Assembly (NCBI GenBank): GCA_024408335.1
Contig: JAKSVB010000007.1
Location: 18,408 to 82,407 of the forward strand
Length of the DNA stretch: 64,000 nucleotides
Source: Bacilli bacterium
Lineage (GTDB): Bacteria > Bacillota_I > Bacilli_A > RFN20 > CAG-826
Reading direction: 5' to 3'
In this document: positions 1-9,316 of the stretch, piece by piece
Layout: the number at the start of each line of letters is the position of its first letter
Numbering within the stretch: the stretch's first letter is position 1
Position numbers and translations under genes: made by a program
The notes under the pieces: generated by a model
Told to the model about the DNA's origin: nothing
Database searches by the model: none
Seen by the model: only the letters and a program-made list of their open reading frames with translations

Positions 1-561
1 GGATTTGATGATGTCCACTAGTTCGAATGTCGTTTCGATTCGCTTTGTCTCACGAACGTTAACGATCTTCTTAGCGACTCTATACGAGTCTTGGTCTTCG
101 CCATAGTTTCTGAAGATTCTCGTTAAGTCTTCAAGACTATAGGTGTTGACGATTTCCGCTGCTGATAGCGGATTGCTTAAGTCCATTCTCATGTCGAGAG
201 GGCCATCGAATCTGTAGGAGAATCCTCTTTCTCCTTCATCGAATTGAGGAGAAGAGACACCTAAGTCGATTAAGATGCCATCCACCTTGTTAACGCCAAG
301 CTCTTCAAGCTTTTCGACGAAATAGGCGAAGTTGGACTTGATGATGGTGAAGTTGGAACCGACTTTCTCAAGACGACCCCTACTTTTTTCTATCGCTTCC
401 TCATCCATATCGAATGAGTAGAGATGACCTGTTTTGAGTCTCTTTAGGATTTCAGAGGAATGTCCCCCTCTTCCTAAAGTAAGATCGACATAGATACCGT
501 CGCTTTTGATGTTAAGGAGTTCAATTGATTCCTTAAGAAGAACGCTATAGTGCTCTGCCAT
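1..561 (-). CDS. rsmH: 16S rRNA (cytosine1402-N4)-methyltransferase RsmH/MraW, N-terminal part only (3' end outside window)
   Basis: Reverse translation from the ATG at 561 reads MAEHYSVLLKESIELLNIKSDGIYVDLTLGRGGHSSEILKRL..., which includes the SAM-binding GRGGHS region. It lies 1 nt downstream of mraZ, the conserved mraZ-rsmH order. Confidence 0.9.
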   Translation of the reverse strand, partial: MAEHYSVLLKESIELLNIKSDGIYVDLTLGRGGHSSEILKRLKTGHLYSFDMDEEAIEKSRGRLEKVGSNFTIIKSNFAYFVEKLEELGVNKVDGILIDLGVSSPQFDEGERGFSYRFDGPLDMRMDLSNPLSAAEIVNTYSLEDLTRIFRNYGEDQDSYRVAKKIVNVRETKRIETTFELVDIIKS

Positions 562-562
562 C

Positions 563-997
563 TTATTTGACCTGACTTTCTACGATGTGTTGGGCGAGAT
601 CGTCATAATCATCGTTATGAGCGGTGATTGCTTTCGCGTAATTCTCTTTTCCCCAAACTTCGAAGTGGTCGATGACGCCGACGAGGTTCACTTCCCCTTC
701 AAGCCCATAAGCTTCTGCTATGGCACTTGGGAAGGCGATACGTCCATGCGAATCGACATCTAGAACAATTGTTGAGCCTGCGACTTGTCTGATATAAGCG
801 CGGACATCATGATCGAGGTAAGAACGGGTTTGGAGTGTTCCTAAGAATGTCTTATAAGCTTCTTCTTCAAATACCGCCAAGCAACCTTCGTGACCTTTGA
901 CAGCGTAGAAGCGTGCTGGGAGCTCTGCTACGAGCTTTGTTGGTATTTGTAAGCGATGCTTTGCGTCTAATGAACGCGAATAAGTTCCGAAAAACAT
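563..997 (-). CDS. mraZ: Transcriptional regulator MraZ
   Basis: MFFGTYSRSLDAKHRLQIPTKL... and a second SpoVT/AbrB-like repeat (DSHGRIAFPS). I start it at the internal ATG (997), not the track start (1054), because the promoter and GTGGGA repeats lie inside the longer ORF. Confidence 0.9.
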   Translation of the reverse strand: MFFGTYSRSLDAKHRLQIPTKLVAELPARFYAVKGHEGCLAVFEEEAYKTFLGTLQTRSYLDHDVRAYIRQVAGSTIVLDVDSHGRIAFPSAIAEAYGLEGEVNLVGVIDHFEVWGKENYAKAITAHNDDYDDLAQHIVESQVK

Positions 998-1013
998 TCC
1001 CACTTTTTCCCAC
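998..1013 (-). promoter_or_regulatory. Two direct GTGGGA repeats (10-nt period) abutting the mraZ start; putative MraZ boxes
   Basis: The minus strand reads GGTGGGAAAAAGTGGGA-ATG. MraZ proteins are known to bind direct GTGG/TGGG-type repeats spaced one helical turn apart upstream of their own operon. Confidence 0.35.
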
Positions 1014-1023
1014 CTTTGACAAA

Positions 1024-1051
1024 AGTTTACCATTTGTAAGGACATTTGCAA
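1024..1051 (-). promoter_or_regulatory. Candidate sigma-A promoter of mraZ-rsmH (TTGCAA-16-TAAACT)
   Basis: Hexamers read on the minus strand, directly after the yceD-like terminator. Confidence 0.4.
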
Positions 1052-1062
1052 CACTTTTTAAC

Positions 1063-1088
1063 AAAAAACCGCCTCAAATTGAGACGGC
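1063..1088 (-). terminator. Rho-independent terminator after the yceD-like gene
   Basis: An 8-bp stem (GCCGUCUC/GAGGCGGU, two G.U pairs valid only on the minus strand) is followed by UUUUUUG. Confidence 0.7.
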
Positions 1089-1107
1089 TTTGAAGTTTGT
1101 TGATGTT

Positions 1108-1584
1108 TTATTCCAAATCAGGGACTTCGATATGTTGGGTTTGGCTTTCGTGAATCTTCTCTTCTTCGCTTACGATTCTAACGCCACCACATTCGTTTTT
1201 GATGGTGCTTTCCTCTTTGCGGATGAGCCTAATTGGAAGGGATGATTTGACGATTTCAAGAGCAAGAGCGTCGAGGTCGAAGCTGCTTCCTGCGATGATG
1301 TATCCTTCGGATTCCCCATCTTCATCATCAAGAACGAGTGTTTCTTCATGAATGTTGACTGGATAAACGAAGGGAACGTTATCTCTTGAATCCAAAACCA
1401 CGAGCTTGCCTTTGATATGGATCTCGACAAGAGGCTTATCCTCATATTTGCTAAGCTTCGCTTCATAGTGAAGGGACTTAACTTCTTTTAGAGGATATCC
1501 TAAGGTCGAAGGATCATAAGAGGCATCAACGACATACTCCTTTGGATACGCGCTAGTTAAAGCGGATTTGTTGATTTTGGTCAT
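1108..1584 (-). CDS. DUF177/YceD-family protein (ribosome large-subunit accumulation protein-like)
   Basis: 158 aa and acidic, with the size and pattern typical of DUF177. The ATG overlaps the pheT stop (TAATG). Confidence 0.6.
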   Translation of the reverse strand: MTKINKSALTSAYPKEYVVDASYDPSTLGYPLKEVKSLHYEAKLSKYEDKPLVEIHIKGKLVVLDSRDNVPFVYPVNIHEETLVLDDEDGESEGYIIAGSSFDLDALALEIVKSSLPIRLIRKEESTIKNECGGVRIVSEEEKIHESQTQHIEVPDLE

Positions 1585-3977
1585 TAGCCACGGACCTCTG
1601 CGTTGAATTTCATCTTGATCATGCCAGTGACTTTTTCCATGATGGCGGAGACTTCCTCGTCTTTGAGGGTTCTGTCTTCAAGACGGAATGAGAGGGAAAG
1701 AGCGATGCTCTTCTTATCGCTAGGAATGCCGACGCCTTGATAGCTATCAAAGATATCAACGTCGACGATCATTCTGTCGATCCTCATGATTTCACGTTTG
1801 ATGTTCATGTAGTCTTCGCTACGGGAAACGACGAAGGCAAGGTCACGGGTGACGGTTGGGAACTTTGGAGGGACGCTTGCTTTCTTTTCGCTGGTCTTCA
1901 TATCAAGGAGAGCAACGAGATTGAGTTCAAGAGCCACTACTGGGGCTTTGCCAAAACCGAGTTCCTTGGCTTTGTTTGGATGGAGTTCACCAAGAACGGC
2001 GATTGGATCTTTTCCAGCGTAGATCATTGCGGATCTATATGGGTGGAATTCCTCTTTGTCGCTCTTAAGCTTTTCTAAGCGGAATCTTTGTGGGTTGAGG
2101 TTAAGGAGAGAGAAGATGCCCTCTAAGTAGCCTTTGACGCTATAGAAGTCATAGGTTCTGCGTTCGAGTTTGCCAGCAAGTGATTCTTCGCCGACAAGGA
2201 CGATGCCTAAGTGTCTTCCTTCTAAGCCTTTTGCATCGACGTCGCTGATTTCATAGATAGCGACATCTTTGTTTTGGTGAGCGTAGTTATAGGCTGCTGT
2301 TTCAAGAAGTGAGGCAAGGATGTTCTTTCTCATGTATTCCTTGTCATCGGTAAGAGGGTTGATTAAACGGTAGTTCTCGCCATGAGCGATGTATTCAAAT
2401 GCATCCTTCTTCTTTAAGTCGACAAGAGAATAAGTAAGGACTTCGGTAAGACCTTCGTTTCTTAAGAAACGTCTGATGGCGATCTTGTTCTTTTGGGCTT
2501 CGCTATATCCACCTTTATGTCCGCCTTCAGGGAGTTTTGAGGTGATGTTCTCGTAGCCTAAAAGTCTAATGACTTCTTCGCTGATGTCAGCTTCACCACC
2601 CATATCGATTCTGTAATATGGGACTTCACATTCGAAGGCACCATCTTCGAGTTCTTTGACAACGATGTGGTCACGGGTAAGAGTTGAAACGACTTCTTCT
2701 TTGCTGAAGTTTGTGCCTAAGCGGCCATTGATGTAAGCAAGGCTAGTCTTGATGATCTTCTTTTCATGAGGAAGTTCATCATAGGTGTCGCAGCTAAGGA
2801 CTTCTTTTGCGTCTGCAAGCTCAACCATAAGAGCGCTACAGATACGAAGAACCTTTTCGTTTTGTTCTGCGTTAAGTCCTTTGACGAAACGTGATGATGA
2901 ATCGCTAGCAAGACCTAAGCGGTTCGAGGTACGTCTAATTGAAGCGCCAAAGAAGTTAGCGGCTTCGATGATGACGTTTTTGGTTTCTTCTGTGACTGCG
3001 CATGCTTTTGAGGTCATGATACCGGCAAGGCACATTGGAACTTCGTTACTTGAAACGACGAGGTCGCCTTTGGCGAGGGTGTATGATTGCTCATCCATTG
3101 CGACGTATTCGCCTTCGAAGTCTTCTCTGACTTCTAAGGTTCTACCAAGAAGCTTGTCAGCGTCATACATGTTGATTGGTTGTCCTGTAAGAAGCATGAC
3201 GAAGTTACCAATATCAACGACATTGTTGATTGAACGGACACCCATTGATGTGAGGATGTCGCTCATCCATTTTGGTGAAGGTTTGGTGACGACGTTTCTG
3301 ATTTCTCTGCCACCAAAGAGCTTACATTTATCGGTGAGGCTAGTGACGACGAAGTCGCTTTTGCCTGTTGAGTATTCTTTGTATTCAGGGAGTTTAACTT
3401 CTCTTTCTAAGAGAGCGCCAACTTCCATAGCGACGTTTTGCATCGCATACATATCTGGACGGTTTGCAAGAAGCGAAAGGTCAAGAATGACGTCATCGAG
3501 TCCTAAATAGCCAAGGACGTCTTCTTCTCCGACTGGAGCGTCTTCTGGAAGCTCTTCGATTCCTGCGACTTGCTTTTCGCTAAGGAATTTCTTATCGACA
3601 CCAAGTTCGAGGAGTGAGCAGCACATACCATCTGATTCGACGCCACGGATGACGCCTTTCTCGATTGTGACGCATGGAAGGACCGCTCCTTCTCTTGCGA
3701 CGATGACATTTAAGCCAACTCTAGCGTTAGGTGCGCCGCAGACGATTTGGTGGACGCCGTATTTTTGTCCTTCATCAACGTTCAAGATGTGAAGGTGGTC
3801 GCTATCTGGGTGAGGGACGCAGGTAAGGATCTTACCGATAACGAGATTAGTTCCGCTTGCGAGCTTGTCGATGCTTTCGACTTCGACTCCAGCGAAAGTG
3901 AGTTTGGAGGCAAGGACTTCTGGTTCAATGCCATCAAGGTTTACGAATTCTTTTAACCACTTTAATGAGATTTTCAT
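1584..3977 (-). CDS. pheT: Phenylalanine--tRNA ligase beta subunit
   Basis: 797 aa. It has an N-terminal tRNA-binding domain (MKISLKWLKEF...VPHPDSDHL), B3/4 and B5 domains and the FDXACB C-terminus, and lies directly after pheS. Confidence 0.97.
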   Translation of the reverse strand: MKISLKWLKEFVNLDGIEPEVLASKLTFAGVEVESIDKLASGTNLVIGKILTCVPHPDSDHLHILNVDEGQKYGVHQIVCGAPNARVGLNVIVAREGAVLPCVTIEKGVIRGVESDGMCCSLLELGVDKKFLSEKQVAGIEELPEDAPVGEEDVLGYLGLDDVILDLSLLANRPDMYAMQNVAMEVGALLEREVKLPEYKEYSTGKSDFVVTSLTDKCKLFGGREIRNVVTKPSPKWMSDILTSMGVRSINNVVDIGNFVMLLTGQPINMYDADKLLGRTLEVREDFEGEYVAMDEQSYTLAKGDLVVSSNEVPMCLAGIMTSKACAVTEETKNVIIEAANFFGASIRRTSNRLGLASDSSSRFVKGLNAEQNEKVLRICSALMVELADAKEVLSCDTYDELPHEKKIIKTSLAYINGRLGTNFSKEEVVSTLTRDHIVVKELEDGAFECEVPYYRIDMGGEADISEEVIRLLGYENITSKLPEGGHKGGYSEAQKNKIAIRRFLRNEGLTEVLTYSLVDLKKKDAFEYIAHGENYRLINPLTDDKEYMRKNILASLLETAAYNYAHQNKDVAIYEISDVDAKGLEGRHLGIVLVGEESLAGKLERRTYDFYSVKGYLEGIFSLLNLNPQRFRLEKLKSDKEEFHPYRSAMIYAGKDPIAVLGELHPNKAKELGFGKAPVVALELNLVALLDMKTSEKKASVPPKFPTVTRDLAFVVSRSEDYMNIKREIMRIDRMIVDVDIFDSYQGVGIPSDKKSIALSLSFRLEDRTLKDEEVSAIMEKVTGMIKMKFNAEVRG

Positions 3978-3990
3978 TTTTCTTTCCTCC

Positions 3991-5031
3991 TTACTTCTCG
4001 CTGAAATCCTTTAAGAAACGGATATCGTTCGCGTATATTCTACGAATATCATCGATGCCATATCTAAGCATTGCTAAACGCTCAATACCGACACCGAAGG
4101 CAAAACCGCTATAAACTTCTGGGTCATATCCGCACATTCTAAGGACGTTAGGGTGGACTTCGCCTGCACCAAGGATTTCGATCCAGCCGGTGCCTTTGCA
4201 GATATTGCATCCCTTGCCACCGCATTTAGCACAGCTAACGTCGACTTCGACTGATGGCTCGGTGAATGGGAAGAATGATGAACGGAGTCTGATTTCTCTC
4301 TTTTCGCCAAACATCTTCTTAACGAAGAGCTCAAGGGTGCCTTTAAGGTCAGCAAGAGAGATGTTTTTGTCAACGACAAGACCTTCGATTTGACCAAATT
4401 GGTGAGAGTGTGTTGCGTCATCGTCATCACGTCTGAAGCATTTGCCAGGGCAAATCATCTTGATTGGCTCTTTGCCGCCTTTTGAAAGCATGTAGTGAGC
4501 TTGGGCAGCTGATGTTTGGGTTCTTAGAAGAAGCGAATCATCGATATAGAAGGTGTCTTGCATATCACGTGCTGGGTGATCCTTTGGGACGTTAAGGAGT
4601 TCGAAGTTGAAGTGATCTGTTTCAACGTCACGTCCTTCAACGATATCGAATCCCATGCCAGCGAAGATGTCCATCATCTCATCGACGATGACCCAGCAAG
4701 GATTAACAGCGCCTGCTTGGTGAGTTCTTCCTGGGAGAGTTAAGTCAATCTCCTCTGCTTTGAGTTTGAGTTCCATTGCTTTACGTTCAATGGCTTCTTT
4801 CTTTGCGTTAAAAGCCGCTTCGATTTTGGCTCTCGTGTCATTGACGATTTTACCAAATGCGCCACGAAGCTCGGCTGGTATGTCTTTCATTTTGCCCATA
4901 AGAGCGCTAAGTTCGCTCTTCTTGGCAAGGTAAGTGTTTCTGAAGTTCATTAATGCGTCTTGATCATTAACGTCATTAAGGTCTTCCATCGCCTTATTTT
5001 CTAAGGCTTCAACTTGCTCTTTTGGTTCCAT
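3991..5031 (-). CDS. pheS: Phenylalanine--tRNA ligase alpha subunit
   Basis: 346 aa with class II aaRS motifs (HPARDMQDTFY, FRRDDDDATHSHQFGQIEG, GFAFGVGIERLAML). Confidence 0.97.
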   Translation of the reverse strand: MEPKEQVEALENKAMEDLNDVNDQDALMNFRNTYLAKKSELSALMGKMKDIPAELRGAFGKIVNDTRAKIEAAFNAKKEAIERKAMELKLKAEEIDLTLPGRTHQAGAVNPCWVIVDEMMDIFAGMGFDIVEGRDVETDHFNFELLNVPKDHPARDMQDTFYIDDSLLLRTQTSAAQAHYMLSKGGKEPIKMICPGKCFRRDDDDATHSHQFGQIEGLVVDKNISLADLKGTLELFVKKMFGEKREIRLRSSFFPFTEPSVEVDVSCAKCGGKGCNICKGTGWIEILGAGEVHPNVLRMCGYDPEVYSGFAFGVGIERLAMLRYGIDDIRRIYANDIRFLKDFSEK

Positions 5032-5035
5032 TTTG

Positions 5036-5272
5036 AACCTCCTACTAAATAAAAAAGAGGACGACAGGAGTGCTTCCGCACGGTACCATCCCTCTCATTT
5101 CTCCAATATGGAGAAACACTCATTCGGCTATAACCCACCACGGGGAGAGTCTCCTCTCCGTTCTCATAGGCGAATTCGCTAGGCTCGTAACGAGATGGTC
5201 ACTCTATTCATCTCTCCCACTTCTTACGAGGGGTCTAGGTACTACTCCTCTTCAACGAACGTAATTATTCTA
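5036..5272 (-). promoter_or_regulatory. T-box leader (Phe-specific) with terminator/antiterminator upstream of pheS
   Basis: The minus strand carries the T-box sequence AAUGAGAGGGAUGGUACCGUGCGG, followed by a terminator stem and UUUUUUAUU just before the pheS RBS. Upstream are an AGAGA-type stem I element and a GAA-UUC-G candidate specifier (UUC = Phe). Confidence 0.85.
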
Positions 5273-5286
5273 CAACCTTTTTCTTA

Positions 5287-6462
5287 TTAAAGAAAAGAAG
5301 TATATGTAACCTCTTTCCAAATATTTCTATCGGTGAGGTTATTAGGGTATGTAGTTTGATCGATTTCGTTACCGCTAAGAAGGGTAAGGCCCATATTGAA
5401 CTCAAAACCACCGCCGACGAATGAACTAGAATCGATGTCCTCGCTATCGTAAGCAGGTTTCATATTGGCTCCGAAATTGATCGAGTCGACTTTGCCTTCT
5501 TCGAAAAAGATATCGAAATTCATGCTGAAAGATTCAATTCTCTCTAAATAGAGAGCAACCGCTTCTTTGACGAGGACTTTGATGAGTCTTTCTGCAAGAT
5601 TAGAGCCGAAAGAGTCGTCAATCATATCCATTAAAAGGGTTGTGAGCTCATCCTTGTCTCTAATCGAAGCGCTAAGCCAGAAATGTTCGTCTTTGGTTGC
5701 TTTTAATGAGCCATAAGGGCTAGCGATTCTGTTTTTTAAGAAATCCATGAAGGATGGAAGAAGCCTTGTTAAGGCATCACTTAACGGGAGGAAATAGTCA
5801 ATGATGGTAAATAGGGTTCCGATTTCGAAATACGAATAATCAGTTATGTTACTCGAATCAAGGATGTTAGCAATTATGGTCTTGCTAAGCTTGGCTTTAG
5901 ATAAATCTAAATAAGCGCCTTTCACGGTTGTCTTTCTACTGGTGTCAGGATCGGTTATTTCGGTCTCGTCGAGATAGAATTTGTATGTTTGTTTTAGCGA
6001 AAGCACATCGTCGTCATCGCAATTGACGACAAGATTGGCTTTATCGAAAGTTGAACGGCTCTTGAAACCGTCTTTCTTTGTGCAGTTAAAGAATTCTATT
6101 TTGGCGTTTTCATCATAAAGCTTGATGGTGTAATCCATGAGTTCGGCGTCTTCGCTTTGGGTTTCGCCAAGAGTGATGTCCTCTTTGCTCTTAAAAGAGA
6201 AAACGATAAGAGGTTTGTCATCGATTTCTTTGACTTTGAATCCCTGCTTGTCGTTAGAGAAAACTGGTCTTAGACCAGATTCAAGATATAAAAGCCCTTC
6301 GGTAGGGTCCTTGACTTCTTTGTATGTTTCGGTTGGGGCAACGCTAATTGAGGTGGAGTCTCCACTACTTATGATTTGGCTTGATTCAAGGGGATTAGAA
6401 ACAGTTTCTCCACATGAAGCTAAAGCGAATAGTGAAACGAGTCCTAGTAATCTTTTCTTCAT
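5287..6462 (-). CDS. Lipoprotein, unknown function
   Basis: Signal peptide plus lipobox: MKKRLLGLVSLFALA-SC. No recognisable catalytic motifs. Confidence 0.75.
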   Translation of the reverse strand: MKKRLLGLVSLFALASCGETVSNPLESSQIISSGDSTSISVAPTETYKEVKDPTEGLLYLESGLRPVFSNDKQGFKVKEIDDKPLIVFSFKSKEDITLGETQSEDAELMDYTIKLYDENAKIEFFNCTKKDGFKSRSTFDKANLVVNCDDDDVLSLKQTYKFYLDETEITDPDTSRKTTVKGAYLDLSKAKLSKTIIANILDSSNITDYSYFEIGTLFTIIDYFLPLSDALTRLLPSFMDFLKNRIASPYGSLKATKDEHFWLSASIRDKDELTTLLMDMIDDSFGSNLAERLIKVLVKEAVALYLERIESFSMNFDIFFEEGKVDSINFGANMKPAYDSEDIDSSSFVGGGFEFNMGLTLLSGNEIDQTTYPNNLTDRNIWKEVTYTSFL

Positions 6463-7193
6463 TAGTTTTTTCCTCCTAGTTCATACATCAAAATGCCACC
6501 TGCGACGCCTACATTGAGCGAGTCGATGCCACTCATCTCAATACGCACGCTTTGATTAGCGAAGGCGATCGCTTCTTTTGTAAGTCCTTTGCCCTCGTTA
6601 CCAAGAAGCAGAGCAAATTTATTATCGACTTTAAGTTCTTTTAACGGGTGCGATGTGGTTAAATCGGTTGCAAGGATATGATATCCAGCATTTTTAAGTT
6701 CTTTTAAGTCATCAAGCGAATCATCGTTCTTCGATTCTTTGATATTGAGTTTGAATATCGCGCCTTGCGAGGCCATAAGAACCTTTGAGGAATATACGCT
6801 AGCGCATCCTTTTGAAAGGATGACATCATAGAAACCAAAGGCTAAAGCGCTTCTAAGAAGGGTGCCAATGTTCCCTGGGTCTCCAACTCTTTCGAGATAT
6901 AGCAAGCGGTCATTGCTTGCTTCTTTTGGAGAGATCTTCTCACATAAAGCGACAATGCCTTCTGGAGTTTTGGTTGAAGTGATTTTGTTAAGGATCGCTT
7001 CGGTTATGAGATATTGAGGAACATCCGTGTCTAAGACTTTTTTGACTGTGAAAATCATCTTGGCAGCTTTTGCTTCAAGAGCCATCTCAACCATATGAAA
7101 GCCTTCGACGACAAATAAGTCGCCTTTGGCGTCCATGGCTTTGGATACCGCTTTGATCTTGGAGTTTGTTAGGGATGTAATTGTCTCAATCAT
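6462..7193 (-). CDS. TrmH/SpoU-family RNA 2'-O-methyltransferase (YsgA-like)
   Basis: SPOUT C-terminal motifs (LLLGNEGKGL, IEMSGIDSLNVGVAGGILMYE). The position upstream of pheST matches ysgA in Bacillus. Confidence 0.8.
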   Translation of the reverse strand: MIETITSLTNSKIKAVSKAMDAKGDLFVVEGFHMVEMALEAKAAKMIFTVKKVLDTDVPQYLITEAILNKITSTKTPEGIVALCEKISPKEASNDRLLYLERVGDPGNIGTLLRSALAFGFYDVILSKGCASVYSSKVLMASQGAIFKLNIKESKNDDSLDDLKELKNAGYHILATDLTTSHPLKELKVDNKFALLLGNEGKGLTKEAIAFANQSVRIEMSGIDSLNVGVAGGILMYELGGKN

Positions 7194-7722
7194 AAATGTG
7201 GTGAATTAGCTTTTTTCTATAATACCAATAATTTGGACATTCTTTTAAAAGAATTGTGTAGAATTTTTTGGAGTGGGCGTGAACATAGTGATGGGCAAGC
7301 TCATGAGAAACGACGGATTCGATTGTGTCTTTTTTGTAATGAACGAGCTCAAGAGAGTAAGTTATGTATCTTTTTTGAGTGTGGTGAACGCCATAAACGG
7401 TCTTGCAATCTCTTACTTTTACTTCGTAACTTGTCTCAATTCCCATATTTCTTTCATGAATTGGATTCACTTCTTTGAGGAACGAGAGAAGATACCTCTT
7501 GAGTATCAGATTCTGTTTTTCTTTTGTTAACGAGGCGTATCCAGAAATAAGAACCTTTTCGCCAAAGATCCAAACGTTATCGCCTTCGCTAGATTGAGGT
7601 ATTGGTTTTATTCTTCGCTCTAACTTAGGAATCGCAGAAATAACAAAATCCTCGATTTCTTTTTCTTTTTGAAACGTTGGGGCGTTACAAACAAAGCCGG
7701 TTTTGCCTGTTCTTAATGACAA
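7186..7722 (-). CDS. DUF45/YgjP-like zinc metallohydrolase
   Basis: HExxH motif in VVSHELAHHYVHAHSKKFY. Overlaps the next gene by 8 nt and ends with a TGA stop. Confidence 0.65.
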   Translation of the reverse strand: MSLRTGKTGFVCNAPTFQKEKEIEDFVISAIPKLERRIKPIPQSSEGDNVWIFGEKVLISGYASLTKEKQNLILKRYLLSFLKEVNPIHERNMGIETSYEVKVRDCKTVYGVHHTQKRYITYSLELVHYKKDTIESVVSHELAHHYVHAHSKKFYTILLKECPNYWYYRKKLIHHIYD

Positions 7723-7829
7723 GGTCCTTCTATTCTCACTATAACAGACTTCGACATTCTAAGGCTTCTCATTAACTATGAGCTCAATGGTCTTAGTCTC
7801 TATTTTTCTTTTAAAAACTTTCTTCCTCA

Positions 7830-7858
7830 TTGTGAATAATTATAAAACTATTTATAAT
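7830..7858 (+). promoter_or_regulatory. Candidate promoter TTGTGA-17-TATAAT
   Basis: Consensus -10 with 17-nt spacing, about 38 nt upstream of the ATG at 7896, which is preceded by GGAGG. Confidence 0.55.
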
Positions 7859-7895
7859 TCATTGCACTTCAGTTCGAAACTCGGAGGATGATTGT

Positions 7896-8759
7896 ATGGA
7901 AAAGATATTAGTAAGCGGCTGCCTTTGCGGTCTCAAGGTTAGATATGATGGCAAAGCAGGTAGTTTCCCTCTTTTAGAGAAACTCAAAAAACATTATGAA
8001 ATCGTTCCATTTTGTCCTGAAATCGAAGGAGGCTTAAGCATCCCTCGTCCAAGAGCAGAGATCGTCCGCAGCGAAGTCGTCACCGAAGAAGGCAAAAACG
8101 TCACAAAGGCATATAACTTAGGCGCTGAAAAAGCCCTTAACCTCTGCCGCTTTCTTGGCATAAAGATCGCTATCCTTAACGACAAGAGCCCTTCCTGTGG
8201 TTCAAGATTCATCCACGATGGTTCTTTCAAAAACAACGTCATCGAAGGCTTAGGCGTCACTGCTAGATACCTCATCGCTAACGGCATCAAGGTCTATAGC
8301 GACAAAGACGCTCTCGAATTCTTAATCCCAGAAGAGGAAAAACAAAAGAAGAGAACAAGCCACCACATCACCCAAAAGAAGTCATATAAGAAGACATTCA
8401 AGAAGGATGAAGGCGAAGAAAAACCTAAGGCCAAACGTTCATTCAAAAAGGATACATTCAAAGAAGAAAAACCATTTAGAAAGCCTAGATTCAAGAAAGA
8501 CGAAGGCGCTGAAGAGAAGAAACCATTCAGAAAAGACTTCAAAAAGAAGCCATATCACAAAGACGCTGAAGGCAAGCCATTCGCACGTAAAGGCGACAAG
8601 AAACCTTATGGTAAGAAGTCATTTGGCGACAAGAAGAAGTCATTCGGCGATAAGAAGAAATCATTTGGCGATAAAAAGCCATTTGGAAAGAAGCCATTTG
8701 CCAAAAAGGACGGTGCTCGTGCAAGAGGACCAAAGACAGGCTTCAAAAGAAGCAAATAA
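7896..8759 (+). CDS. DUF523 (TudS/YbbK-like Cys-rich) domain fused to a ~140-aa lysine-rich repeat tail
   Basis: The N-terminus MEKILVSGCLCGLKVRYDGK...CPEIEGGLSIPRPRAE...SPSCGS is typical of DUF523. From about residue 148 the sequence is K/F/G/P low-complexity. Confidence 0.75.
   Translation: MEKILVSGCLCGLKVRYDGKAGSFPLLEKLKKHYEIVPFCPEIEGGLSIPRPRAEIVRSEVVTEEGKNVTKAYNLGAEKALNLCRFLGIKIAILNDKSPSCGSRFIHDGSFKNNVIEGLGVTARYLIANGIKVYSDKDALEFLIPEEEKQKKRTSHHITQKKSYKKTFKKDEGEEKPKAKRSFKKDTFKEEKPFRKPRFKKDEGAEEKKPFRKDFKKKPYHKDAEGKPFARKGDKKPYGKKSFGDKKKSFGDKKKSFGDKKPFGKKPFAKKDGARARGPKTGFKRSK
8610..8708 (+). repeat. In-frame tandem 21-nt repeats (GKKSFGD/KKKSFGD/KKKSFGD), then degenerate 18-nt units (KKPFGK, KPFAKK)
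   Basis: Three near-identical units at 8610-8630, 8631-8651 and 8652-8672 were read directly. Confidence 0.9.
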
Positions 8760-8771
8760 GAAAAAAGAGTA

Positions 8772-8815
8772 TAAAAAAATCCCTACCTCATTTGTTGAGA
8801 TAGGGATTGTTTTTG
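8772..8815. terminator. Bidirectional rho-independent terminator between convergent genes
   Basis: A long stem (AAATCCCTA-CCTCA...TGAG-TAGGGATT) is flanked by an A-run on the 5' side and a T-run on the 3' side. Confidence 0.8.
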
Positions 8816-8817
8816 TA

Positions 8818-9231
8818 TTAAGCTCTGTGGATGGTTTGGATGCCAACAGCCTTGGTGAAGAAATTGCCGATTGAGTTAAGCGATCTAACAACAAAGTTCA
8901 CTGGGTTATAAGTGACTTGGCATGAATAGTGCTCGCCATAACCTTCATCGAGTTCTCTTCTGATGAGGTATCCAAGAAGGATCTTCTTTTGCTTGCCGCC
9001 GACATTGACGTTAGCGGTGATGTAGTATGGGAACTCAGAGGCGTATAAATAGTTGAATTTTCTATCAAGTTTCTTGGAGGTAGTAATTTCAAGATCAGCT
9101 TCTGTGAGTTCTTCGATTCCTCTTGCGTATGCAGGAGATTGTTCTTTGATGTTTTGGAAGGATCTGCTGAGCATATACTTCTTTAAGCATCTGAGGGCGT
9201 TTTTGTTAAGTACTTCTTTAGTCTGTTCCAT
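8818..9231 (-). CDS. Hypothetical protein (137 aa)
   Basis: Clean ORF with an RBS and terminator context. I recognise no family. Confidence 0.5.
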   Translation of the reverse strand: MEQTKEVLNKNALRCLKKYMLSRSFQNIKEQSPAYARGIEELTEADLEITTSKKLDRKFNYLYASEFPYYITANVNVGGKQKKILLGYLIRRELDEGYGEHYSCQVTYNPVNFVVRSLNSIGNFFTKAVGIQTIHRA

Positions 9232-9316
9232 AATTCGTGCTCCTTACGACACTAAATTTATACGCTTTAAAAAAAACTTGCAATACATAAAAAACGCATT
9301 TATCAACGAACCGCTA

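Noticed and set aside
998-1054. N-terminal extensions offered by the ORF track for mraZ (to 1054), guaA (to 23665), potA (to 38833), ade (to 21967), glnN (to 30614), the DUF2975 gene (to 33794) and the lipoprotein genes
   Set aside because: Internal ATGs are preceded by good Shine-Dalgarno sequences and match family N-termini or lipoprotein signal peptides. The extensions run through promoters or terminators.
2785-3510. 241-aa plus-strand ORF, and several other 60-160-aa ORFs, lying antisense to or out of frame with pheT, glgP, potA, infB, GH3 and other genes
   Set aside because: These lie entirely inside strongly supported genes on the other strand or in another frame. They have S/L/R-rich shadow-ORF composition and no RBS.
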